A DNA stretch of 64,000 nucleotides from Epiperipatus broadwayi (lineage: Eukaryota; Animalia; Onychophora): the NCBI GenBank assembly GCA_028023455.1, contig JAQFVV010000006.1, positions 16,430,001 to 16,494,000 on the forward strand. Reading direction: 5' to 3'. A model generated the notes under the pieces. It searched no databases. It had not been told where the DNA came from and was given only the letters and a program-made list of their open reading frames with translations. The position numbers were made by a program, and so were the translations under genes. Positions 50,900 to 64,000 of the stretch are shown one piece after another (position 1 is the first letter of the stretch; every line of letters starts with the position of its first letter).

Positions 50900-51314
50900 A
50901 GTAATTTTTATTAGCCATTTATTAAACTAGAGATTATCCATTTAATTAATAATATTTCTGTAGTGTAAATTTCGCACCATTCTCACACAAGGTAGGGATT
51001 GGCATCTTCCACTTTGTGATGGTTGTAATTATAAACATATGACCCAAGATGTGAAAAATATTGTCAGGTTTTTTTTACAGGTCTTTGGTCATATGTTTAT
51101 GATTACATCCACCCACAAAGATGTTTAAGTGGATAACACCCCCCCTTTCCAACCTTGTGTGAGAATGGTATAGTAAATTGAGATTATTCTTTTTCATGTA
51201 TTTGGGCATACATTTATGATTACACACCACCATAAGGTGTTTAAAGCGAATTGCATGAGAATAGCATAATGAAATTTATAATATAGAAATATTATTCATT
51301 AGCATAATCTTTAG
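50900..51314. mobile_element. Foldback repeat (MITE-like), CTAGAGATTATCC family
   Basis: Nested inverted blocks ACCATTCTCACACAAGG / CCTTGTGTGAGAATGGT and ATAAACATATGACC / GGTCATATGTTTAT. Confidence 0.7.
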
Positions 51315-52479
51315 ATGTATATTGCCACAGATCATTATGGGAATTGAAAAAAAAATCATCTGTGAATATAGATGCCACGGAGACCAGTAAGGGTAGATTA
51401 AGGACAATTTGTATTGGAAATTTTGTAAATAAGGTTGTAATAGATTTTATATCTAGATGCTGATTACTTTATCGGTTGATTTGTTGTCTGTGGAGACATT
51501 GTTTGATTTGTGATTTGAAACAAACAACCTCAGCAACGTTTATAACATTTTTTTTTCTCTTGCCAATGTGAAATCAACAATTTTTAAAAAAGTAATATTA
51601 TTTGATGAATGCTAGATTTTTTGAGGAACTTACATAAACTTTCTGTTTTATTATTTTATAAATGTTTTCATTTTTATCCTTTTGCCTCAATAAAAAAAAA
51701 AAACGGCTTTGAGACATTATTTTGCAGTGACATTTACTATCAATTATTATGATTGAATTTGTTTTCCCATTAAAATTACTGTTATTTTGTCATTATTCTA
51801 ATATATTATCGACAACCTTTTACTATAAATTTAACTTACTAAAATAATTATATTATGGTCCCATTAATATTAAAAATATTATTTTTTATAATATTTGCAC
51901 ATATTAAAGTATTTTATAATCATCCCAATAAATGGCATTCAATTGCGACCTCATTATCATTAGTTTGGGATTTCATTTATCACCCTATAGTTAGCTTATT
52001 TTACGATGTAGTTTGTAGCTTGCACTTACGGTCACGATTTAATAAGTGAACATTTTCTCTTACAAATTGGATATACAGTATATATAGATTTGTGTGAGTG
52101 TATAGCATCATTTGTCTCTGATCTGCATAAGATATAGAAATTATACTTTTTATTTATTACTTATTGTTAATTTTATTGTTATTTATTGTGCTTTATCATT
52201 GACATATAATCTTTTAATATTTATATTTTATTTTCAATTCTTGTCACTTTCATTAATTTTTTTCCCTGAGTTTTAAGCAGAATTTATTTTTAATATATTT
52301 AGATTTGTTTGTATTTGTTATTTAGATATTTGGTTTATAGTTTAGCTAACAATTTTTCTATTTCTTTACCTGTATCTTTAAAAATATCAACAATAATTTC
52401 TCTCCTTCATAGATTTAAATGTATGTCTCATCTCTTCCTTTAAAAATGCTTAGCAATTCAGAAGACAAATGGTGTAATA

Positions 52480-54090
52480 ATTGTTATTACTTTTTCATAT
52501 TATTTATGACCATATTCTTTGTAGACCTTTCCCTTGCACCATCCATCTTACATATTTTTTTTTCATTGCTGAATTAACTCTTCTTCCATTGTTGTCTTAT
52601 AATTTTGAGACTTCTCTTTTATAGCTTTCCTTGTTAAATTCTTTTCTTCATCCATTGTCTTGTCTCAGTGAAAAATTTATTGGTAACTTTTTTTTTGTAC
52701 CAGTTATCTTTACAGCAATTCTTAAGACTATTAATTATCCCCTTATTAATCTCAATTAAGTCTGTACTATCTTCAAAGTTCTGTCAGTATTATAAAAACA
52801 ATTAGCAAGCTCTAATTTAAACTCAGTAGAGTGTGTCAATACTGTCTTTTTTTGAAATAGTTTTTATCTTTCCAGTTTTGCATTAGAATGTATGTTACAT
52901 CTTAATATCAATGATCACTTCCTATATTGAAATCTATTAAAAATATTACAATATTGAAATACAAATATAACTTTTTAATATCTCAAATATTGTAATAATG
53001 CAGTACTGAAAATCCTCAGTGTAGTTCATTTATTGATGGTTAGTTTACATATAGCTCACAATTTTTTTTTTTCAAATCTTGAAATACATGTAACCTGTCT
53101 TCATTTGAATGTTTCCTTGTCCTTTAGAATTTCTCTCAAAGAAAAAAATTGTAATATACATTTTTTCTTTCTCTGCAAATTCCATGTACCTATATTTTGT
53201 TTTATTTCTATCATTACAGCCAAATTTATCCATAGCAATTTCATATTTCAATCATCTTCCAATTATAGCATTGAAGTCTCCTGTGACAATTTTAAAATGT
53301 GTAGTGTAATCAAAAGGGCTTTATATATCAATATAAAAGTCATCTATTTTTTCTGCAAATGATAACTTTTGGTGCATAAACCTGAATTATCTGCATTTGG
53401 TATTCATAAATTGAACAACTAATCTTGCCACTAGGATATATCATCAATCTCCATAATGTTGTTCTTCGGACTTTTTTTATTTATAATGAATCCTACTCAA
53501 CTTAAACTTTCAATACTTGTGTCTTTATAGTAAAGATCAACTTTTCAAATCAATTTTTTCTTCTCTCTTCTAACTTCACAAAGCCCAACAATATCCCATT
53601 TAATATTAGACGGTTCTTATTCTAATTCATATGATCTTTCTTCACTTTAAAACGATCTGCATTTGTAGGTAGCTAAAGGAATAGTCATCATTGCTGTCAT
53701 TGGCAAGAGGGCATTTTAAGCACCCTCTGCTTTGAACCATTAATCCCTCCCTGCCTTGGCTAAAGATATTACTCTCTCCTGGAAATGACTGTAATTTAAT
53801 TTTATTTATCATAACTGTAACTATCTAAGGGGAAAATGTTCATACGCACATATTCTGCCTTCTAGAAAACTTAAGTGCTTCACTAAGTATTATCAGGCGA
53901 TTGTGTAAAAAGAACACGGTGTTTTTTAATCACTAATTTGCGTTACTGGACAGTTCATCTATGTAGTTTATCGTATAAATACATAATCACAATGATAGAA
54001 GTTGCACTGATAACACTGTGTAGAATGGACATGAGCATTTGTCCTGCAAATATCTGACTTATGTTGTATTTTGATTATCTATTTCTTGCC
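52480..54090 (-). mobile_element. Old RTE copy (5' UTR + endonuclease region)
   Basis: Reverse complement aligns to 35572-37400 (e.g. CAAATGCAGATAATTCAGGTTTATGC, GCAGGACAAATGCTCATGTCCA). Confidence 0.82.
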
Positions 54091-55384
54091 GTCGTGAATT
54101 TATAAATCATTAATTACATCTTAAATCTTTAATAATTTATTCTGCATGCCTATTAAAAATTATCACTTTAATACTGCATAACTCTTTTAATAATTTAAGT
54201 TTCTTAGCACAATTCATAAATAGTTAACTGCACTAAAATAAAATTCTCCCTTTCTTCCTCCCAATTTCAATATTCAAATTACTCAATCATATACGACGTT
54301 TACATTTTATTGTCTTACTTTAATACGTTATAAAACAAACAATTCCTTCCCTCACCCCCTCCCTCTACACCCTCTCTTTCATCCCCCTATTAACGCCGCC
54401 CTGCTTATCTCAATAACAGGTTTATTGTAATTTAGAAATGCTGCTCAAATTCATTAATCTCCCCTCCCTTCTTTCCTATCGCCTTTCTCCTAGCTTATTC
54501 AAAAATTCAATTTTATTTTCAATAATTTGCATTTTTTAACCCTTACTTTCCTATTTGTGTTCTTAATATTTTTTCTTTATAAGAGTGTTTCAAAGTATCT
54601 GTTAATTTTTCTATCGCCAGAAGTTTATGTATGTGCATATATTTATAGCCAGCTTGGATAATCTTTTTCTATATATTCTATATTTCGAAAAATATTAGGG
54701 AACTGATTCTTTATCAGCTATACTGCAATTTCCTACTTCTAACTGTATGTTTCTCGAGCTCTTTTCCTGGTGAAAAGATAGATAGGTAAGTTTTCGTGAT
54801 TCAGCAGTATTAAAAAAAAAAATGTAAAGAAATTGAATTTTATACAATATAATATTTATTGCATCTATGTTTATACATATTAAACATACTAAAGAAATAA
54901 ATGTATTTAAAATATTTTTTTGCTTACTAGTCAAATATCTTCACGAACCAATGTCTGGACAATGAACCTGCAGTTGAGAAACCATTTTAGATTATTTTGT
55001 ATCTATTCATATGTTAAAATCTTTAATAAGTAAGTGTAAATCCCTATAGGAATTTTGTATTTATTATTGAGTGAAATACCTCTACCATGTAATCTTTTTT
55101 TTTTCTAGTTGATATTTTATTTGAATATTACCAAATATTGATAGAAACAAAAAAAAATAATAGCTAGCTAAAACTAGTCAATTTTTTTTTTTGTAAGACT
55201 TCAGCATATTCAAAATAAGAGTCATAGATCACATGACCCTATCTCTTAAGCTTGTAAGTTATAAACAATGAGGATATTTTACGTGCTGGTTCTGGCTAAG
55301 CATTTATCACAAAGCTTGTAGAGAAATTGGCAATCCTCATTGTTTACTTCAGCATATGTTTTATCATCAAAATATCACCTTTAA

Positions 55385-55545
55385 ATATAATTAAAGGGGA
55401 TTTGAACACAGACTTTCAAACTCCCTTTAGCTATCCACTCCATCCTATACAACTGATACACATGACCACATACATGTGAAAAAGATCACTTGATCCAAAT
55501 CATCATCTCCCACACACATATATATATATAATCAGTGCTCAGAGT
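55385..55545. mobile_element. Partial third copy of the palindromic hammerhead family with the ribozyme segment deleted
   Basis: GATTTGAACACAGACTTTCAA..CACATGACCACATACATGTGAA joins directly to GATCCAAATCATCATCTCCCACACAC. Confidence 0.7.
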
Positions 55546-56399
55546 ATATTGAGATAGCAAATCATCAAACTTTAATGGACAGCCTTTAATCTTCTTTACC
55601 CTCCAATTTTTCATCCATCCATATCATTGGAAAATCTGATGATGGAATGCTCAAAGCCCTTGTTGATGCCAATATTGTTGACATATCCATGTTGATTTTA
55701 AGTCACCCTCACCTCTCATATATAGGACCTTAATATGTCCATTTAAATACAGAGAAGAGGCTTGGACAGAATTCAGGTTGAATCTGTAAGGTCTGTATAT
55801 ACATTATACTTATATTCAAATATAGTATATCATCTTTAAAATAATTACAAGTATATATATATATATTTAATATTACAATAAATTGCAAATTGATAATATT
55901 TGTAATATTTCTATATACATACTGAAAGTAATAATATAAATATTATGACTGTAGTTAAAGGGACTCATAATCTCGATTAAGTAAAATTCAAATTTTTTTC
56001 AGGTTTAAATCAGAATTAGAATATTTTTTTCAGATAGCTAGCTTATTCCTAGCCAGATACAGCTAAGAGCTAAAATGAGTTAAAACATTGTTATCTAGCC
56101 ATTCTTATTTTAGGGGATAGAATGAGGATAGAAAACATATAAGAAGTAAAGGAACTCTGTATAATATGTTGGATGAGTAAGAGCATAAAAAATTGAGGGT
56201 TGAGAAAGAAATGATTGACTATAAACTTGTCAGGAGCCTAGCAATTAAATTAGCAGGAGCATTTGGGTCACAGACAAATGGTCTGACATGATGCCAAGAC
56301 TTGTCCTTTGGCACAACTATGATGCTGATTACTTTGCAGCCGACTACCTCCGCGTCTTAATAAAATATTGCCGACAAATACAAACAAATAGATATACCA

Positions 56400-56890
56400 G
56401 TTGACTGTAAGAATACAGTAGTAATATTGATATTTAAACAAGATGATAAAGAAAGATATTTGAAATTACAGATCTATCAGTCTTTTATTAGTTTTACAGA
56501 AAATCTTTATCAAGATAATTACAATTAATCTGCAGCGAACTTTGGATTCAAATCAATCCAAAAATAAGCTAGATTTTTTTTTTTTATATGTCAAAGTTTC
56601 GCCGGGAAGTGAACCCGCAACAACTGTCTGCAAGCAACTGTGTGCAAGATAGCTGCGTTGACCTCTCAGCTACCAACGCTTGACAAATAAGATAGACTTA
56701 AAAGTGGATTTATTACATTGGATCATATGTAAATATTGAGAGAGAAGGATTAAAAATGAAACATTCCATAATAATTAAAGCTTTTCAGATTCAGGATATT
56801 ATTGTATATTAAAGAATGTTGTCAAAATGTAACAGCTGTATTTTAGATAATATGGTAACAATAAAAGAATTAATGTTGACAAGGTTATAA
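56400..56890 (+). mobile_element. Decayed RTE RT fragment interrupted by a SINE
   Basis: Aligns to 37735-38170 on both sides of the SINE. Confidence 0.75.
56574..56684 (-). mobile_element. tRNA-derived SINE, family 2
   Basis: Homologous to the 30036 and 44146 copies; near-TSD AAATAAG(C/A)TAGA. Confidence 0.85.
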
Positions 56891-57029
56891 GACAGTCATT
56901 TTGCTAATGTGCAATTATTGGTATTTTAGGAAATTGATACAAAAGAGACCATTCTACTTTCAATGATCAAAACACCACTCATTTAGTGACATCTTAAACT
57001 ATAATAAATAAAAGATACTTTTTTTTTTT

Positions 57030-57250
57030 TAATAATTTTTTTTTTTCTATTTGTCAAAGTAATTCAATTTATTCTATCAAATGTCTTTTCAGTTCAATGA
57101 AAATATATCAATCTCCCTTCTTTCCATATATCTCTCAACATTAGTTATCATTTTTCCAAGTGCACCTTTTGTATATTTCCCTTTCTTCATCCAAATATGC
57201 TCTTCAGAAATATGCTCAATTTATATTAAATCTGCCTCTTCAAGGTCACA
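57030..57250 (-). mobile_element. Decayed LINE RT fragment
   Basis: Minus strand has GF-RKG-like and FI.LK.TFDRI-like segments; weak. Confidence 0.35.
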
Positions 57251-57263
57251 TATATTATTGTAG

Positions 57264-57967
57264 TAAATATATAAATTCAACATTCCTTTTCTTTTTAAAA
57301 CTTGTTTTATTCCAAACTATAATTTTCTTTCTCCTTCCATACAACGTTTCAACTACATTCTGTAGTCATTATCAAGTTTCCTTAAAAAATAATAATAATA
57401 ATAAAAATAAAAATCAAAATAATAACACAAATAAATAAAATATTAATACATTCCAAATATATAATATTCAATTAAAACCATAATATTATTATAATCTACA
57501 AATACAATTATTTACCTCCTTCCCTATCTTTAATTATTTCTTTTAAATTAGATAATATAGGAATAATATATATAAAAAAAAAAGGGGGGGGGGGAGGGTT
57601 ATAAAAAGAATGTTAATGATAAAGATTTAGAGAATAGATAATAAATTTATATAAGAAGAGTATTAATTTATAAAGGTAATTTAAAAGAAATAATTAAAGA
57701 TAGGGAAGGAGGTAAATAATTGTATTTGTAGATTATAATAATATTATGGTTTTAATTGAATATTATATATTTGGAATGTATTAATATTTTATTTATTTGT
57801 GTTATTATTTTTGTTTTTTATTTTTATTATTATTATTATTTTTTTTAAGGAAACTTGATAATGACTACAGAATGTAGTTGAAACGTTGTATGGAAGGAGA
57901 AAGAAAATTATAGTTTGGAATAAAACAAGTTTTAAAAAGAAAAAGGAATGTTGAATTTATATATTTA
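57264..57967. repeat. Near-perfect long inverted repeat (~290-bp arms, 126-bp spacer) with hammerhead-like motifs
   Basis: 57264-57550 vs 57677-57967; TTGATAA-T-GACTACA-GAA-TGTAGTT-GAAACGTT at 57855-57887 and its mirror at 57343-57376. Confidence 0.9.
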
Positions 57968-58280
57968 TTATCATGGAGCTATAATTTAAAAAGAAAAAGA
58001 AGTGAAAAGTTGTGTATATAATTATATTATTGTAGTACATGGTAGATTAATCTAGTTTGTCTAAATTTGCATATTTCTTTGCATTAGACTTTGTCTACAA
58101 CTGTGTTTATTTACATTTGTAAAATACGTCCATATGGGGGTATTTATTTTCGAAACCACAGATTCACTTTAATTATGCTGTTAAATGTCTAATATTATTT
58201 TTTTTACACTTTTATGTATGTGTATAAGTTTGTGTTTAAAATTGGAAAAATAATCAATTTATAAAACAAAAGTGATACAG

Positions 58281-58475
58281 ATCATCATCAGCATCAACCA
58301 TTTTCAATCCACTGCAGGATGAAGGTCTCTTCAAGTTCAAACCATCTCTGATCTTTAGCTTCTCTTCTCCACATCACCCCTGCACATTTTCTTATATAGA
58401 ATTAAACTTGGTTGGAGTGCTTTTGGTAGAAATAACTTGATACTAAAAGGAAATATGCCTATGTGTTTGAGAAGG
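58281..58475 (-). mobile_element. RTE 3' end with an inverted upstream segment
   Basis: 58281-58395 is the reverse complement of 38949-39061; 58396-58475 is a direct copy of 38537-38615. Confidence 0.88.
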
Positions 58476-58837
58476 TAAAAAAGTAGTATCTGTACATTGT
58501 ATATAATTTAAAAATTAAGAAGAATGCACAGTTTGTACATATTACAGATTGTTTATTTGTTCATGTGCCTGTCCTACTGGTTGACTTTTTGTAGATAATC
58601 TTTAGTTGCTAGATATTTCCTGATTAAGAGATTACATAGTAAAAGTAAATAAAGCTTCTTTCCTTGCTCTTTATTAGATCTCTTTCTTATCTTTTAAAGA
58701 TTATATGGTATTGGAAAATTAAGCCATTGTTAAATTTAAATAATAATTATTAATTTTAATATCCATTGGATGCATGTATGGTTTGTTTGTTATTTTTTAA
58801 TTTGTTTTGTATTCTGTAAATTAATTTTTATATCTGT

Positions 58838-60173
58838 AAAATGATAAAGATGTACCAGATGATTGAAAGAATGCAGTATTAATATTAATATTTAAAAAAG
58901 GTGATAAAGAGGATATTAGAAATTAGAGACCTGTCAGCCTTTTATCAGTTTTATACAAAATTTTTTCAAAAATAATTACAACTCATCTACAGAGAACATT
59001 GGATTCCCACTAACTAAGAGAACAAGCTGGATTTAAAAGTGGTTTAGTACAGTAGATCATATCCAGATATTGAGAGAAATTATAGAAAGGACAAATGAAT
59101 ATGGGTTGCCATTATGCTTTGGATTTGTAGATTATGAAAAGGCATTTGATTCTATAAATATTACCTAAGTGATTAAAACATTGGATCATCAAGATATAGA
59201 TCCAGGATATTGTCATATTTTAAAGAATATTTATAAAAATGCAACAGCAACAATTAGATTATTTAATGATACTAAAAAAGTCAACTTTGAGAAGGGTGTA
59301 AGACAGGATAACTCCATATCTCCAAAACTTTTTATAGTAGTGCTGCAAGAAGTATTTTGTGGATTAAAATGGGAAGCTAAAGGTGTGAAAGTAAATTAGA
59401 AGATTATTTAAGACATTTAGATTTTGCAGATGATGTTGTTTTTGCAAATAATGCTTTAGAATTGCAGGAGTTATCAGATGAAAGTAGGAAAGTAGGACTA
59501 AAGATAAATGTTAAAAAGGCTTAAACAATGTTTAATGGATTTTTTCAAAATAAGAAAATAAAGATTGATTATGATGAGATAAAAGTTAACAGCTACAAAT
59601 ACCTTGGTCAGATTATTAATACAGATGGAAACATAATGGATGAAATTAATCATAGAATTAAACTTGGTTGGAGTGCTTTTGTTAGAAATAACTTGATATT
59701 AAAAAGAAATATGCCTATGTGTTTGAGAAGGAAGGTTTTTAATAAATGTGTTTTACCAGTTCTTACTTATGGATCTGAGACTTGGACACTTAATAGAAGA
59801 ACAATACAGATACTTCAGATCACTCAAAGAACTATGGAGAGATGCATGTTAGGAGTAACAAGAAGAGATCAAAAATACAATATATGAGAAAGAGAACAAA
59901 CAGGTGTTAATGACCTCATTGAGAAAATTAAACGATTGAAGTGGAGTTGGCTGGACATATTGCTAGAAGAGATGATAATAGATGGACAACTGAAATCTTA
60001 AACGGGATTCCAAGAGATTGTAAAATACCCAGAAAGAGACCATGTGTGAGATGGATGAAATAAGAAAGTGTGCAGGGGTGATATGGAGAAGATAAACTAA
60101 AGATCGGAGATGGATTGAACTTGGAGAGACCTTCATCCTACAGTGGATTGGTAATGGTTGATGACGATGATGA
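58838..60173 (+). mobile_element. 5'-truncated 1.3-kb RTE copy (RT + C-terminus, disrupted)
   Basis: Collinear with 37707-39061; GVRQDNSISPKLF, YKYLG, VLPVLTYGSETW; GAT-repeat tail. Confidence 0.95.
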
Positions 60174-60376
60174 CCTTGTGGAAACATGTCTCTCCTTTTA
60201 AATCTTTAGTGATTAATATATATATGTTGCCATGCATAAAATTTCTAAGTTTTAATTCAAAGCATTAATTAAACCTCATTACGCATGTGGTAACCCGTTC
60301 TGAAGCAGACTAACAAATAATATATATTAGTCAATTACAACATTCAGACTACAGTTATAATTTTCAAACTGCAACT

Positions 60377-60540
60377 ATTAATAATTTTTATTAGTCATTC
60401 ATCAGACTAGAGATTATTCACTTAATGAATATTTCTGTAGTGTAATTTTCACTACATCACTCTTATGGAAGATAGGGAATTGTTTCTATTTGCTTTTAAC
60501 ACCTTGCGGAGGGAGGGATGTAATCATAAACATATGATCC
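60377..60540 (+). repeat. Fragment of the CTAGAGATTATCC foldback family
   Basis: Aligns to 50900-51040. Confidence 0.65.
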
Positions 60541-61944
60541 AATACATAAGAAAAAGATCTATGATCCTCAAGATGCACATTTCATGCTAAACCTACACTC
60601 ATCAATTGGCCCAGACCAGACTATCTTTATCTTTGTTCAGTGTATATATGTCGATAGCATATATATGTAGATGGCAGAAGCATGAAGGCAGTTTAGAAAT
60701 ATATTTAAAAATTTAGTATATTAAAGATTGTTTTTATTTTTTATTCTTTTATTTGCTGTTTTAGATGGAAAAATGATAAAATCACTTTTTAAAAAACAAT
60801 TAGGTAATTTTACTAGGTATCTCAAATAAACAGAAACAGATCTATTATTTTATTTATTGTTTATTTATTCATATATTCAAAATTAATTAGAACATAATAT
60901 TGAATAAATCCAACAAACTAAGATAATAAACTCAGATAATCATAACGATTAGTAATGATTTTTTCTAAATTAAAAGAGGTGTCAAGTTTCTCATTTTGGT
61001 TGATTAATCCATATTTAATTTGTAATTGATAAAATTGATTAGCATTAAAAAAGACATTGTGATGAAAAAAAATGTGTTTTTATTTTCTCTACAAACAAAT
61101 CTTAATTAATTCAATTTTATATATACTTTATACGTTTTTTGCTTTGAGCTAAATTCTTTTACAAGGAAATTGTCATTAAATATCCACTACTTGTTTTTTT
61201 ATATATATATATAAAAACAACATTTCATGGCCCCGTTTTCTCTTTTATTAATGCTATTTATGTATGCACGACTTATTTTAATACAATATTTCTTTGGATA
61301 AGCCTTCTTATTGTAAGGATCGCTTTAATTTTTACAAAATTATTTGATAATTTACCAAATTATATTTCCTTTTACTGTAAATAACTATTTCTTCATAATT
61401 GTCAATTAACCTACTAGATATAATCCTATTAAAAAGAACTCCAGATACAAACTAGTATCTTCTGCACTTGTATCTGTTACGTATATTGCTTGGATCGAAA
61501 GCTCAAGGGTTAGCCATTTCAGGAGGGCCGGTTATTTATTGATTTCAGAGTATTGCAAAGGATTCTGAAATCAGATAGTAAAAAGTATTTTGTTTTGCTA
61601 CTATTTCTTCAGCATTGACATATAAATTAATATATTTTTCTATTTATTTAACTAGGAAAGAAATATACTTTCGGATATTTTTTTTCATTTTTAAATGACA
61701 TTATTTTGAATCCGACTATAAAATAAATTATTTAAGAATGTTTTGAAAAAAATTTCTAAATTGTTTATTTTTTTTTCAAAACATGAAAAGTGGAAACTTA
61801 TAATTGAGTACTTGTTAGTAGACATTTCTATTATTTGATTTCAAATTTAGGCCAAGTAAAGTCATTCATTGTTCGTTCAATAATTACGTATTATTGATTG
61901 GAAAGTAAAACAAGGGTGGAAAAATATTAATAATTTTTATTAAT

Positions 61945-62025
61945 CACTCATTACACAAGAGATTATCCAATAATGAATAATATTTCTGTAGTGAAAATTA
62001 AACTACATAAATATTATTCATTAAA
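61945..62025. repeat. Internally deleted hairpin form of the CTAGAGATTATCC family
   Basis: TAATGAATAATATTT..TGTAGT..ACTACA..AAATATTATTCATTA. Confidence 0.65.
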
Positions 62026-64000
62026 GGATGGAAGGATGCTCAGATCTTCACTGATAATTTAAAAGCTGAAAATATTATCTATGAGTGGCTATTGGAGAAA
62101 CTTTTGTCTTGTGGTGAGCTATTTAAAGACAGTTTTTAAACTTATCATCCGTTTATATTTATTGAAAGAAAAAAAAATTATGTAACAGTACAAAAAAAAA
62201 TATTCCTATTCCTATTAACATTTATTCCTCCCATCGTAAAGATGTTTTTTATGAATAAACTCTCCTCTCCCCTGATTTGCTTTTCTGTCTATGCTTATTC
62301 TGTTCTTTCTTTATAATTTGTTATAGTATTTTGTATTTGATGCATTGTTACATTTCAAAATGAATTTTTATAATTTAATCATTTTTAATGCCCCCTACCT
62401 TCTTTTTTTGATTAATTATTTGTTAAAAATTACTTTGGTCACTTTGTTTGCAAATTTAATCAATAGATGGCAATAAAATGTAATTTTAGAAACTGACAGT
62501 AAATTTCTTTATTAAAGTGAATACTGTAGAGGAAAAGATGCTTCAGTGCGGTAATTAGAGAATGAATATTTTCAACTCTTTACGTGCCGTGCTGAAAAGG
62601 GAATGTTTATTGAAATTTAAATATCGCTTCTTAATTAATTCTCTATTTGTCAAAATGAATAATATGTATCAGCAATAAATGATTAAAAAAATTTTTTTTT
62701 AAAAATTTAAAATGACTCGTTTTAATTTAGAAGCTATATCTATTGTTTAAAAGTGTCACACACACAACGATGAATATATATATAGTTTCGGTTTAATAAA
62801 ATCTGAGTATTATCCCTAGAATTATTTATTTGCCTTGAAGAAGTGGAATACAAATCATTGATGTGGTGATGTAATTAATTCCGGAAATAACTTTCCTTTT
62901 TGCAAATTGATTAAATATATGTACAAATTTACCTTTCATGGCTATTATGGGTTCGACTTCCCAAAGGAATAAAATTTGAATTTTTTTTTTAGGTATCCAT
63001 AAGAAGAAAATGTACCTGTTTACTTGTCAAAATAAATAGCTGCTCACCATAATTAACTATTTCGTCGTTTTACTTTGGGAATTGACTTCCTTCTTCGTAC
63101 AGCACCCATAACTTGATTTCATACCATATGGAATAATCAGTTATCTCCCTATTATACTACCAGATTAATAATTACAAGAACAATAATCAAGATTAATTTA
63201 ATGATTGTATATAACTTCCATTATGATGTCACATTTTACAGTCGTAAGCCATATCTATTTAGTATGAAATTATGTTTTATATTGAACTGTTCCTTAAATA
63301 TTTTAATGATTAAACTTGCCATCTATTTCTGTATCCAAAACTAGTTGCAATGTTTGTGAAAAACATTTTGCTACCTGATCAATGTAACCCTTAGAATCAA
63401 GACATAAAAACCTGTACTGCCTGATTGCACCTGTAACCCTTGCAATTAAAGTTATATGACTATATATTGTTGAAACACAAATAAACAAAGAAAGGCAGCT
63501 TAATAAAAAAAAAAAAATCTGTACTACTTTGAATAATTGTAATAAGTCTGGCAAATGTAATTTATTATATTGTAACAATAAAATTAACGTATTTCAAAAG
63601 GAGACTAATTTTTTCAAGATAGGGATGAATTTTTTAAAATTATTTACTACTGTGATAAAACCTGGAGGCTATCTTACTTCTGTGAGATACAAACAGTAAA
63701 ATTTTTTATTGTATTTATTCTTAGATAAAAAAATCTTAAACTATTAATGTAAAACCCGATGCTATAAAACATCACAAGGCATAACCGTATTCAATTACGT
63801 TCACTTTGATAATTAATATAGTTTTTCTGCCCTTTTAAAAATCAATTATTAGTTGTCATCATTTGTCATGGTTGTATTAAAATTTTAACAAAAGAGTTCT
63901 ATTATGTGTGATATGCAATAAAAAGAGAGCATAGACAATTTTGCACTAATAGAATGACAACAGGAGTCCACATAATCTATTGAATATTTTTAATTGAGGC

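Noticed and set aside
5093-60187. Recurring MKVSPSSIHLL.. ORFs (5093, 14178, 23519, 39553, 59963)
   Set aside because: They look like a gene family but are antisense translations of the RTE 3' end
62945-63090. GGGTTCGACTTCCC B-box-like motif and a short TTCCCAAAG inverted repeat
   Set aside because: No A box or cloverleaf nearby
63303-63578. 91-aa minus ORF
   Set aside because: No recognised domain or convincing splice sites; the length is compatible with chance
1-64000. CRISPR array, rRNA or prokaryotic operon
   Set aside because: No regularly spaced repeat-spacer array, rRNA-like sequence or dense gene packing; the window is eukaryotic repeat-rich DNA

Overview
Very AT-rich, repeat-dense eukaryotic (animal-like) DNA; no host gene could be confidently identified. 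The main feature is a full-length RTE-clade non-LTR retrotransposon (35572-39061, +) flanked by a 12-bp target-site duplication (ATTTAAATCCAA). Its single APE-endonuclease/RT ORF is broken by a 199-bp tandem duplication and a 1-bp deletion. Its first base coincides with the predicted cleavage site of a hand-foldable HDV-like ribozyme (35572-35737). About ten truncated or decayed copies of the same RTE family are present, and two of them keep decayed versions of the ribozyme. The window also holds tRNA-derived SINEs, hAT-type and TA-flanked MITEs, and Penelope-like (GIY-YIG) remnants. The most unusual observation is a set of MITE-looking palindromes (40546-40960, 47512-47904, 57264-57967). Each arm carries a type I hammerhead ribozyme motif with a palindromic stem III, pointing outward on opposite strands. 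These look like Penelope/retrozyme-type ribozyme elements rather than DNA transposons. All folds were made by eye, no database search was run, and boundaries of decayed copies are approximate.
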